A stretch of 64,000 bases of DNA. Origin: Nitrospirota bacterium (lineage in GTDB: Bacteria > Nitrospirota > UBA9217). This document shows positions 49,778-58,727 of the stretch, in pieces. Each line of letters begins with the position of its first letter. Position 1 is the first letter of the stretch. The DNA is taken from the NCBI GenBank assembly GCA_963818475.1, contig CAWFSF010000006.1:1888001-1952000 (forward strand). Direction: 5' to 3'. Under the pieces are notes generated by a model. The model had not been told where the DNA came from. It worked only from the letters and a program-made list of their open reading frames with translations, and searched no databases. A program made the translations under genes and the position numbers.

Positions 49778-51772
49778 TCACAGAAAATAATCAAAATCCG
49801 TCTCGCGCTTCAGCTTCTTCCGCACCCGGAAGATGTTCCCCGGCATGACCTGCGGGTTGATCTGCACGAAGTTCCGCTCCCCTTCCCAGATGTACTTGTC
49901 GTCGCCGATCAGGTCGTGCACCAGGTAGGGCTTGTGCTCGCCCAGCCCGAGTTCCTCCACCGGGACCTTTACCCAGCCGGACTGGGTGTGAAAGGGGTCG
50001 AGGTTCACCACGATGATGAGGCTGTTCTCGCCGTCCTCGGTCGACTTGCCGTAACACAGCAGGTTGTCGTTCTCGGTCTCGTAGAACTCCAGGTTCCAGG
50101 TGGTCTGGAGCGCCTTGTTCTCCCGCCGTATGCGGTTGATGCGCGCGATCACGTCACGCAGGCTTTTGGGATCATCGAGATTCCAGCTTTTGATCTCGTA
50201 CTTTTCGGAATTAAGATACTCTTCCTTCCCGGGGATCGCCTCGTTCACGCAGAGTTCGAAGGCCGGTCCGTAGATCCCGATGTTCGAGGAGAGCGTGGCT
50301 GCCAGCAGATAGCGCGTAATGAACGCCGGCCTGCCGCCGTACTGCAGGTGCTCCGGCAGGATGTCCGGCGTGTTCGGCCAGAAGTTCGGCCGAAAGAGGT
50401 CACGGAGGTCGCTCTGCGTCAGCTCGGTCAGGTACTCCATGAACTCCCGCTTGGTATACCGCCAGGTGAAGTAGGTATAGGACTGGGCGAACCCGACCTT
50501 GCCGAGCCGGTACATGGTCTTGGGCCGCGTGAAGGCTTCGGCAAGGAAGAACACCTCCGGATGCTCTTTCCGGATACCGCCAATGAGCCATTGCCAGAAA
50601 GCAAAGGGTTTGGTGTGCGGATTGTCCACGCGGAAGATGCGCACGCCCTTCTTGATCCAGAACCGCACCACCCGCCCGATCTCCTCCCAGAGCGCTTTCC
50701 AGTCTTCGGTCTCGAAATTGAGGGGATAAATATCCTCATATTTTTTGGGAGGGTTCTCCGCGTACTGCACCGTATTGTCGGGCCGCCAGCGGAACCATGT
50801 CGGGTGGTCCTTCACATAGGGATGGTCGGGAGAGCACTGGAGCGCGAGATCGATCGCCACATCGATGTCCTGCTCCTTCGCCTTCTGTACGAACCGCTCG
50901 AAGTCCGGGATCGTGCCGAGGTCCGGATGGATTGCGTCGTGGCCGCCTTCTTCGGACCCGATGGCCCAGGGGCTCCCCACGTCGCCCGGCCCAGCCTTTG
51001 GCGCATTGTTCTTCCCTTTCCGCTCCGTTTTGCCGATGGGATGGATGGGCGGGAGATAGATCACGTCGAACCCCATCTCCTTGATATAAGGAATGAGCTT
51101 TTCGCAGTCCCGGAAGGTCCCGTGGGTCCCCTGCTCCGGCGTACAGGAGCGCGGGAAGAACTCGTACCAGGTGCTGAAGAGCGCCTTGGGAACATCCACG
51201 ACAACGACAAGTTCCTTGTCGTAGGACACGGAAAAAGCGCGGTCCGGAAAGGCAGCCATGAGATCGGCGAGCTTTTCGCTCAAGGCGAGGGACCCGGCCT
51301 CTGGGTCGTCCTTTTTCACCGCATCCGCCAGCCGGTCGCGGAGCGCCCGGAGTTCCTGTCGCTCCTTGCTATCTTCTCCGCGGCCAAGCGCAGACTCGAT
51401 CAGGATCAGCCCGGTCAGAAACTCCATCTTCACGTCCTGTTGCGCGTCCACCCTTTTTTTGAGGTCCCGCTGCCAGGTCTTGAAGTGGTCAACCCAGCCT
51501 TCCAGAGCATAGACGTAGGCGCCCAGTTCCGTGACCGTAAACCGCGCCTCCCACCTGTCGTTCAGCCGGGGCTCGAAGGGGACCTCTTTCCATGCCCCGC
51601 CCTTCTCATGTTTATACAGGAGCCGGGCAGAGAGCGAGTCATGGCCGTCCGAGAAAATGTCCGCGGACACGACCACGCTTTCACCTATCACGCGCTTGGC
51701 CGGGAACCTGCCGCAGTTGATCTCGGGTTTCACATTCTCGATAACGACCCGTTTTCTGCCGTCTTCTGCCAA
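49778..51772 (-). CDS. glgE: Alpha-1,4-glucan:maltose-1-phosphate maltosyltransferase
   Basis: Motifs WYEFFPRS, ENPPKKYEDIYP, FRVDNPHTKP, AEAFTRP and NTPDIL. Confidence 0.95.
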   Translation of the reverse strand: MAEDGRKRVVIENVKPEINCGRFPAKRVIGESVVVSADIFSDGHDSLSARLLYKHEKGGAWKEVPFEPRLNDRWEARFTVTELGAYVYALEGWVDHFKTWQRDLKKRVDAQQDVKMEFLTGLILIESALGRGEDSKERQELRALRDRLADAVKKDDPEAGSLALSEKLADLMAAFPDRAFSVSYDKELVVVVDVPKALFSTWYEFFPRSCTPEQGTHGTFRDCEKLIPYIKEMGFDVIYLPPIHPIGKTERKGKNNAPKAGPGDVGSPWAIGSEEGGHDAIHPDLGTIPDFERFVQKAKEQDIDVAIDLALQCSPDHPYVKDHPTWFRWRPDNTVQYAENPPKKYEDIYPLNFETEDWKALWEEIGRVVRFWIKKGVRIFRVDNPHTKPFAFWQWLIGGIRKEHPEVFFLAEAFTRPKTMYRLGKVGFAQSYTYFTWRYTKREFMEYLTELTQSDLRDLFRPNFWPNTPDILPEHLQYGGRPAFITRYLLAATLSSNIGIYGPAFELCVNEAIPGKEEYLNSEKYEIKSWNLDDPKSLRDVIARINRIRRENKALQTTWNLEFYETENDNLLCYGKSTEDGENSLIIVVNLDPFHTQSGWVKVPVEELGLGEHKPYLVHDLIGDDKYIWEGERNFVQINPQVMPGNIFRVRKKLKRETDFDYFL

Positions 51773-51789
51773 GGGATATTTCCTTTCAA

Positions 51790-51953
51790 CTTAAAAAGAG
51801 CAGTTCAGCCACAAAAGGCACATAAAGCACATAAAAAGCAAGCAATAATTTGATAAAGCGCTTCACCAAGAAGGTGACTATGCTTTTTGCGTTAAGAGAC
51901 TGATGTTACTATGTGAATTTTGTGACTTATGTGGCCAACTGCCGTATCCTAGG
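51790..51953. mobile_element. MITE-like element with terminal inverted repeats and 9-bp-periodic arms
   Basis: CTTAAAAAGAGCAGTT...AACTGCCGTATCCTAGG, with CACAAAAGG/CACATAAAG arms. Confidence 0.55.
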
Positions 51954-51993
51954 TTCAAAACTGATTTTTCAGCATCCATCGCAGTAGCGAAAA

Positions 51994-52077
51994 TCCCCCT
52001 CACCCCAGCCCTCTCCCACGAAGGGGAGAGGAAGTAAGAGGTAGCCCCTCCCTTGATGGGAGGGGTTGGGGAGGGTG
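51994..52077. repeat. REP-like palindrome (CCCTCTCCC/GGGAGAGG type)
   Basis: CCCTCACCCCAGCCCTCTCCC..GGGAGAGG; an inverted relative lies at about 18453-18490. Confidence 0.6.
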
Positions 52078-52752
52078 CTCATTTAGTATCCGAAAAAATA
52101 ATGGAAATGGTGATCTCCGTGGTTATTTTTCTATATCGCCCGGAACTTATTGATTTAATTATAACAGATGCATCCCAGGGCTGCGGCGGGCTCGAACCCT
52201 CTTTTTCCAAGAGATCCGGTACGGCCATTCGGCGCTTTGTGCATGACTGAAGAAGACGTGGCTGGCAAACGGACTATAAACCATCCGTCATTCGCGGAAC
52301 ATTTCAGAGCGGCAAGTTTTTCGATAATAAAATCGGCTCATCGAGAGCGCCTCTTACACCTGCCCGGGATTCCGCCGGAAGTGATCCAATACATTGGCAA
52401 ATATACCTTGACATGCCTGAATGAATAAAATATAGTTTTTTTGTCGCTGATCCCATTTACTACTTTCCAAAGAGTGCGCTTTTCCCTGCTCTCCGTTTAC
52501 ATCCGTCTCCTGAGCACTTGTTTCTTCCTGTCAGGGAATTTATTTTGTTCATTTGTCCCTGGGCTGAGGTCGGAAAAAACCCTGGACGCCACCCTCGCAC
52601 CGATTCAAAGATGACACTCATGTGCCTGTGCGTATTTGGTATGGCGAAAAAGCTTTGCGGGAAAAGGCCAAGGCAGCGGAGGGGAAATAGGGGCCGAAGA
52701 CACGAGCATGGCATGTCCAGTTCGGGAAAATCAAGGGCACCGAATTGGAAAA

Positions 52753-52861
52753 GTTTATCATAAACCGTAAAAGTTTATGATAGCAATAACCGGTTTACGT
52801 TATCATAAACTTGCTTATGTTATCATAAACCGACTTGCTTATAGTCAACAACATGTTAGTT
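52753..52861 (+). other. attI-like site heading the cassette array
   Basis: TTATCATAAAC three times (52755, 52800, 52820), one inverted copy (52773), and a GTTAGTT core at 52855 just before the first cassette RBS. Confidence 0.5.
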
Positions 52862-52888
52862 TTAAAATAAATTAAACGAGGTGCCTTT

Positions 52889-53179
52889 ATGACGAAAAAA
52901 AGCTGGACCTATCTATTGGGTTACACTGTATTATGCATGCTTGATATTCCGATATCAATTCGTTGGGGTGGCAGCGGAATTCATAGTGGGACGATTATCT
53001 TCATTCTAATAATGATGTTCACACCAATTATTAGCTCGCTATTAATCGCTCTTATTGCTGGTTTTCGTACTAAAAGTTATATTGATAAATTCAATTCAGT
53101 ATTTCCAAAAGCGATAGTTATTTGCGGCCTCTTTGTGGCTTTCTATCTTTTGACTGGCCTAATCATGCCTGGGGGTTGA
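52889..53179 (+). CDS. Cassette: small membrane protein
   Basis: 96 aa with three hydrophobic segments; RBS GAGGTG. Confidence 0.65.
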   Translation: MTKKSWTYLLGYTVLCMLDIPISIRWGGSGIHSGTIIFILIMMFTPIISSLLIALIAGFRTKSYIDKFNSVFPKAIVICGLFVAFYLLTGLIMPGG

Positions 53180-53291
53180 TTCTGGGGAAATAAGGGGACG
53201 TTGTTTCCATCCATGCTTTCCTTGCATGGGTTGGGGCAAGGCCGTAAGGCAAGCATAGAAACAACGTCCCCTGTGATCTCCTTTTGAAAAA

Positions 53292-53801
53292 TTGCCTCTG
53301 ACACCTGACGGTTATCCCGCCATTAGCTCAGTCGAAATCAAAGGAGTAAACCGTCCTTTTGACGTGACTGATTGGCAAAAATATCGTGCTGCAAGCAAGA
53401 ATGATCATGACCGTTTCTTTATTAGATCGATCGAAACGGAAGCTAAGCGCATCGCGACCCATCTTATGAAAAAACGTTGGTCTATTGTTTTCAGCGAAAG
53501 GGAAATGTTCATAACATCTGACAAGCCTGTTCTGCTGCAGCATCAATCAAAAAAGACATTTGGCTTTGGTACAGAGGGGACGATAGTGATGTTTCCTCTG
53601 TCACCTCGCAGACTCTTGGTAATGGATGATATGCATAAGGAGCCATCCAATCAATACTACCCTCTTATGCAGGAAAACGAAGGTGCATTCAATTATGGTA
53701 TTTGGCATAATGGCAGCCGATTTATGATAACAGGCCGTCCTGTTCCTGAGGTTCTACGCGAAATATTAGCATGGACCGATGGGCCGGCAAAACTTATCTA
53801 G
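53292..53801 (+). pseudogene. Cassette: 5'-truncated DUF4238-like protein
   Basis: Motif FITSDKPV...FPLSPRRLL typical of the C-terminal half; no good start codon or RBS. Confidence 0.55.
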
Positions 53802-53803
53802 GA

Positions 53804-53863
53804 TGCTAACCATTCGGCTCGAGAGGGTCGCGAAAACCGCGCCCCTCAGCCGAGCCGTTAGTA
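53804..53863 (+). repeat. attC site
   Basis: TGCTAAC CATTCGGCTCGAG...CTCAGCCGAGCC GTTAGTA. Confidence 0.85.
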
Positions 53864-53880
53864 TCTGAGGTGTTGATAGA

Positions 53881-54186
53881 ATGGACAAACAGATAAAATG
53901 CAAGAACTGTAACAACTCATTTGACCCACGGAATAATCGTTTATTCGTGTTTGACTCACTTCCAAAAGAAGAGAAAATGTGGCCATCACCAGCTCTTGAA
54001 AATATGCATAAGGAATGGTGGAATTTTAATATCGTGAAGTGTCCGCAATGCGGAAATCAATTCCGGACAAAAGAGCTAAAGCTGCTCGGTGTGTTTTCTC
54101 CGATGGGGCTTCTTGTATTCGTAATATCTTTTGATATTTCATTGGTTTTATATTTTATTTTTGTTGTTTTGAAAGTGCGATTCTAA
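53881..54186 (+). CDS. Cassette: zinc-ribbon membrane protein
   Basis: CKNC...CPQC and a C-terminal TM helix. Confidence 0.65.
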   Translation: MDKQIKCKNCNNSFDPRNNRLFVFDSLPKEEKMWPSPALENMHKEWWNFNIVKCPQCGNQFRTKELKLLGVFSPMGLLVFVISFDISLVLYFIFVVLKVRF

Positions 54187-54222
54187 CTTGCGGGCACGAC
54201 GCGCAAAAGCTGCGTGTTAGGA
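54181..54222 (+). repeat. Short or internally deleted attC site
   Basis: TTCTAAC...GTTAGGA, only 42 bp. Confidence 0.55.
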
Positions 54223-54229
54223 GGACGTT

Positions 54230-54721
54230 GTGAACAATACACATACTCTAAAATACTCAAGAGACCTGGTTACGAGGGCGGTACGGTCATTCTTTCTTCG
54301 GAAACTGGGTGCTAGCTACTTCATTGCACTTCTCCTGCTTGTCGGCTACCTCATGTATGACTTGAATGGGGGAGACCGCTCATGGTTTGTCGGCATAATG
54401 GGAGCAATCTTAGGTTTTGGTATTCTCGTTCCATTGGCAGCAATGTTTGGGCACATACGTCTCGGTCTCCGAAAGCTCGCTGAAATGCCAGACGCTACCG
54501 CAACCATGACCATCACTGATAACGGACTCGTAGTGCGATCTGCAATTGGGTCGTATGAGATTACTTGGCGGACCATCACCGAGGTATGGCAATATCCTGA
54601 TTACTGGCTGCTGCTATCAGGCCGTCACTTCCTCATGACGCTACCAATAATTGAATTGCGTGATGACGAAAGAAAGTCTATTCAGGCTGCCCTTCAGAAG
54701 GCGAATATCAAATTCGCCTAG
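54230..54721 (+). CDS. Cassette: YcxB-like membrane protein
   Basis: Two TM helices, then TITDNGLVV...EITWRTITEV. Confidence 0.65.
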   Translation: MNNTHTLKYSRDLVTRAVRSFFLRKLGASYFIALLLLVGYLMYDLNGGDRSWFVGIMGAILGFGILVPLAAMFGHIRLGLRKLAEMPDATATMTITDNGLVVRSAIGSYEITWRTITEVWQYPDYWLLLSGRHFLMTLPIIELRDDERKSIQAALQKANIKFA

Positions 54722-54744
54722 CGGGGCTATCACTCCGACGATGA

Positions 54745-54803
54745 TTCTAACCATTCGGCTTGAGCGGGTCGCGAAAACCGCGCCCTCAGCCGAGCCGTTA
54801 TAT
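54745..54803 (+). repeat. attC site
   Basis: Nearly identical to 53804-53863. Confidence 0.85.
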
Positions 54804-54831
54804 TGACTGTCGAGCACTAGGAACGTGTGAC

Positions 54832-55551
54832 ATGACGAAATGTTCTCGATATCTTTTACATGCCCTCCTTTCAGTCGTTGCGTTCTTTGTGGTGTGTACA
54901 CTACAAAGCCAAGCAGCTGCGGTGTCGGACGTAATGCATTTTACAGATGACTACCCAACGTGCTCTTTCTCGGCGATTGACGCGAAAACCGGTAATCCAG
55001 TCAAGAATGTATTCGCTATTGCGGAATGGTACAAGGATGTCAGTGTGATGGAGTATGCTACAACGCTATGCCGGAATGCCTACAGAGTACGGTCCGATGG
55101 ATCGGTGTTCTCCATACCTGCTGCTCGTTGCTCGGGATTCCGTCATAACACAACCTTGGAGGTTCGTGTTAAAGCATTAGGATATCGAGTAAAGAAAATT
55201 CGGATATTGAGGCGCCCAAAGACTTCTCACCTTATTCCTCATATCACTTATCTGCCCATCAAAGACTGCGGTAAGGTTCCCCAACTATTGCCACTTGAAA
55301 AAATCCAATCGATCGATAAGGCGCTCGAACAGTATCAAGACAAATATAATCGAGATCAAATTGCAACAGTGTATGGTAATACCGAGACCTATCATGACCA
55401 AATGGTGTCGGAGCTCAAGAACTTTGACCCTCGTCTTGATGTCTCCGAAGCGAGAAAGTCCTATTGCGGAGTCGTACTCAAAGACATTCCTCAGACTGAG
55501 AATAGAGCCAAACTGATCGAATGGACAGAGCCGTACTGCACGGACCGTTGA
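54832..55551 (+). CDS. Cassette: secreted hypothetical protein
   Basis: Signal-peptide-like N-terminus; lies between attC sites. Confidence 0.6.
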   Translation: MTKCSRYLLHALLSVVAFFVVCTLQSQAAAVSDVMHFTDDYPTCSFSAIDAKTGNPVKNVFAIAEWYKDVSVMEYATTLCRNAYRVRSDGSVFSIPAARCSGFRHNTTLEVRVKALGYRVKKIRILRRPKTSHLIPHITYLPIKDCGKVPQLLPLEKIQSIDKALEQYQDKYNRDQIATVYGNTETYHDQMVSELKNFDPRLDVSEARKSYCGVVLKDIPQTENRAKLIEWTEPYCTDR

Positions 55552-55576
55552 CCGAACGGAGACATCGGTAAGAACG

Positions 55577-55632
55577 TCATAACGAGTCGTTCCACGCCGA
55601 CCGCTGCGCGGCGTGTGAACTCGTCGTTCTCT
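55577..55632 (+). repeat. attC site
   Basis: TCATAAC GAGTCGTTCCACGCCG...CGGCGTGTGAACTCGTC GTTCTCT. Confidence 0.8.
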
Positions 55633-55781
55633 CCGGCGCTGCGCGCCGGAGAGAACCCCCGGGGCTGAGCCATGAGCTCCTTCCCGGCGCGAGCGCGCCG
55701 GGAGAACCAGGAGCTGGAGACCAATGGACCTGCGGTCCATGGCTCAGCCCCGGGGGTTATACCTGAGAGAAGGTAGGGAAG

Positions 55782-56358
55782 ATGAAAAATAAGAAATACA
55801 AATTTTGGAGCGATATATTTCCTATCATAATCTCGGTTATCGCTCTATTTTTTTCAGGTATAAGCCTTTGGCACTCGGATGCTTCATTAACCCTTAGTGA
55901 AAAAACTGCAAAACCATATTTAGATATAAAATTTAAAAAATATTCAGGCAATGATGAATATTACACATTAAAAAGAACTGCTGCCGGTGTCCAAGTAAGC
56001 TTTCAATTTGAACTTGAGAATACAGGCGCTGTGCCTATTACTGATGTATCAATATCAAAATTTGTATTTTATAACCGCAATAAAAATACAAAACAGACTA
56101 TAGAAAACAGCATCGAAAAAATGGTGATCTACCCAGGGAAAAGCAAACTTCTTATTGAAAGCATTCTCTTGGATCGATTCGATATTTCGTAAGGAAGCTG
56201 CCTGGAAGTTAGCACAAAAAGAAGGTTTTATTTTTGATATCGAATTTACTGTAGAGTATTCCAATATTATTGACAGAACAATAAAAACTAAAAGTGAAAT
56301 GGGATACAAATTCAGTAAGGCATTTGCCGAGATTACAAAAAATATATTAGTTGAATGA
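55782..56358 (+). CDS. Cassette: AT-rich hypothetical protein with an N-terminal TM helix (frameshift near 56170)
   Basis: Two overlapping ORFs between attC sites. Confidence 0.55.
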
Positions 56359-56370
56359 CAATTAGAAAGG

Positions 56371-56426
56371 TAATAACAAATCGTTCCACGCCGACCGCTT
56401 CGCGGCGTGTGAACTCATCGTTAGAG
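56371..56426 (+). repeat. attC site
   Basis: Nearly identical to 55577-55632. Confidence 0.85.
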
Positions 56427-56438
56427 GTCAGATCTATT

Positions 56439-57449
56439 ATGAAAATTTCAATTATACTAGGAATCATTGGGGCGTGGCTTGCCACCAATATGCTATTGCC
56501 AATCTTCCTTAGATCTTTAGAGCGCGTTTATCAAACGCAGATTGACAGTGTGATAAAAAGTGGATGTCGTTTAACCAAAGTCGTTATGCTTAGCTTGCTT
56601 CAAGGAATTCTTATCATATATTTTGCGCCCAGCATATTGATTATTGGTGTTGTCGAGCGTGTTTATCCACGTTTCTTTGAGCTGCCAGTAATCAAGCGAT
56701 CATCCGTGTACTCGTCACTACATTTGCTGTTCACTAGACGTTTCTGGATGGTGCTGGCTGAAGATTTTAGAAACACTGTAAAAATAAGAAAATTGAATAC
56801 GGCTCAAGCATCATCATTAAATGATACTCAAGAAGCATTTGTAGCTGACGTTGCTAAACAATCCAAGAGCAAGATGAATGTTAGATTAAAGAATGCCTTG
56901 AAGTATTTTTCTGTATTTTTCGCCGGTCTTATTATCGGCGCCTTTCTTATTGAGACCATTGAAATGCATTTACGCCCATCTTACCGCGATTTAATCATCA
57001 GAACGCATTTGAAAACGGAGCAAGAATTCCTAGCCTCCCGTGCTGCCCGAGAGAATAAGCATCTTGAGGCAGCATTTCATCGATGGGCTGTAGTCAATGC
57101 TGAATCGGATGAGGGGTTTCGCGTCTTTCAAGAACATGGTGTTGAACTTGATGATCAACCATATACATACCCCTTTGACATGTATATGCTGAAGTGGATG
57201 TCCTCAGGCGCAAATATTAAGAAAGGCCGTAAGATTGTTGAAGGGTTTGACAGGGGAAAACTGGCCGTTGCGTTGGAAGCACTGGGGCAAAAGAAAGAAG
57301 CCGAAAATCAATGGCAGAGCGCACAAATTCTAATTCATCGAAAAACAATCAAAGAAACAAAGGAAGCAGTTTACGTCATGCTTGAACAAGAAAAATCCGA
57401 TATTCATCTGAAGGCCGAAGACAAGATTCTTGGAAAAAAGAAAGAATGA
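56439..57449 (+). CDS. Cassette: membrane protein (possibly two fused cassette genes)
   Basis: ATG after the attC; a second signal/TM-like segment starts at MNVRLKNALK. Confidence 0.6.
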   Translation: MKISIILGIIGAWLATNMLLPIFLRSLERVYQTQIDSVIKSGCRLTKVVMLSLLQGILIIYFAPSILIIGVVERVYPRFFELPVIKRSSVYSSLHLLFTRRFWMVLAEDFRNTVKIRKLNTAQASSLNDTQEAFVADVAKQSKSKMNVRLKNALKYFSVFFAGLIIGAFLIETIEMHLRPSYRDLIIRTHLKTEQEFLASRAARENKHLEAAFHRWAVVNAESDEGFRVFQEHGVELDDQPYTYPFDMYMLKWMSSGANIKKGRKIVEGFDRGKLAVALEALGQKKEAENQWQSAQILIHRKTIKETKEAVYVMLEQEKSDIHLKAEDKILGKKKE

Positions 57450-57450
57450 G

Positions 57451-57507
57451 TACCAACATGCCGGTCCACATCGACTCGCCTTGCGGCGAGTGACCGGCGT
57501 GTTGGGC
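57451..57507 (+). repeat. attC site
   Basis: TACCAAC ATGCCGGTCCAC...GTGACCGGCGT GTTGGGC. Confidence 0.8.
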
Positions 57508-57551
57508 AGCATGAAAGCCGATCATTGTCACACAGTTTCTCGGGAGTCGAA

Positions 57552-58619
57552 ATGACAGTGAAGATCTGCAGCCTGTTGCTGACAATCTCCGTGTGCTGCG
57601 CAGCGCTTCAGGCTTGCGCGGAAGATTCACGTGTGGCGGAACCCTCCACCAAAGAGTGTCCGGATCTGACCGGTACCTATGAGGTGCGCATTCCCGCGTG
57701 GGCCGATAGGGTCCACCCCTTGGGGCAGCGCCCGAGGATGGGGACCCGGCAGTTCGCCATGTTCCAGCGCCACGGCGGTGGCTTCACGCTGATCTGGCAC
57801 GCGCCCCGGGAGGAGTTCCTGGCGGCGGCCCGATCGCTGGCCCAGCGCGATCCCTACAGGTACGACGTATGGCTGGACAGGATGTTGCGCGATCCCAAGC
57901 TGCCATTGCCGCTCGGCATAGCCAGCGAGCATGACTGGCTCGGGCGACTCGGGAGCGTTGGTCCGGTTTTCCGGGGGGTCGACGAGGTCCTGCAGCTCAA
58001 GCAGTGCAAGCGCGGCTGGTTTCTTGTTTCAGGCCCCGGGCATCGCGATGGCCCGCCCGATTTCGAAGGTGGCATGGAAGGCACGCGCGAACTGGAACTC
58101 TGGCTGGGGCGCGACAAGGACGGCTCGGTCAGCCTGAAGGCGGAGGAGCACCGGACCCTGGTGCTCCTGAGGGAGAGTCTATATACCCCATATCTCGCCA
58201 TACGCCTGGGGTCGTCAGCACGCTCGAGCAAATGGCCGGTTGCGCCCGCGCAGGACCTTACCCCCATCCGCGCGGAGGAGCTGCCTGAGCGCAATCGTCC
58301 TGCCAGGCCCGTTCCGAAGTGCCAGATCACCGGCGACCATGAGGCGGTGTTCTTCCAGCGCCTGAAGGCAAATCTGCCGCCAAAGGTGGAGATTGAAAAT
58401 TACTCATCCAGCATTATCCATGGCCTCATGCGCCCGGACGGGGTTTGCGATCCGACACCCTACACGGTGACCGTCTCGGCGCCAGATGCCGCTGGCATCG
58501 CGAAGGTGGCGGACTACCTGCGTACCGACCCCTTTATCCGGCAGATCGATTCGCAGGAGTCACAAGTTCTGTGGGATGGAAGGCTGATGGTGAAGTTCCG
58601 CATGATGGCCGCGCCGTGA
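57552..58619 (+). CDS. Cassette: GC-rich exported protein or lipoprotein
   Basis: LQAC lipobox-like sequence and a CPDLTGTY motif; much more GC-rich than its neighbours. Confidence 0.65.
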   Translation: MTVKICSLLLTISVCCAALQACAEDSRVAEPSTKECPDLTGTYEVRIPAWADRVHPLGQRPRMGTRQFAMFQRHGGGFTLIWHAPREEFLAAARSLAQRDPYRYDVWLDRMLRDPKLPLPLGIASEHDWLGRLGSVGPVFRGVDEVLQLKQCKRGWFLVSGPGHRDGPPDFEGGMEGTRELELWLGRDKDGSVSLKAEEHRTLVLLRESLYTPYLAIRLGSSARSSKWPVAPAQDLTPIRAEELPERNRPARPVPKCQITGDHEAVFFQRLKANLPPKVEIENYSSSIIHGLMRPDGVCDPTPYTVTVSAPDAAGIAKVADYLRTDPFIRQIDSQESQVLWDGRLMVKFRMMAAP

Positions 58620-58645
58620 GGAAGGGGCGAACGCCATAACATGCC

Positions 58646-58723
58646 GCCCAACCTTCAGTTGCACCGGAGCGTCAACAGTCGCCTTCGGCGCCTATCGCCG
58701 CCCGGTGAACTGAGTCGATAGTT
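58646..58723 (+). repeat. attC site with a mutated R' core (GAT instead of GTT)
   Basis: GCCCAAC CTTCAGTTGCACCGG...CCGGTGAACTGAGTC GATAGTT; the left flank complements the cassette start at 57501 at 12/13 positions. Confidence 0.75.
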
Positions 58724-58727
58724 TTGA

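Noticed and set aside
52053-52763. Possible intI or its remnant upstream of the array
   Set aside because: The short ORFs here show no tyrosine recombinase motifs (R...HxLRH...LGH...Y).
52753-52845. CRISPR array
   Set aside because: The repeats are only 11 bp with irregular spacing and there are no cas genes. No repeat-spacer array was seen anywhere in the window.
54760-54831. N-terminal extensions of cassette ORFs running through attC sites (also 56355 and 60939)
   Set aside because: These are translations of the attC palindromes. The real starts are downstream ATGs.
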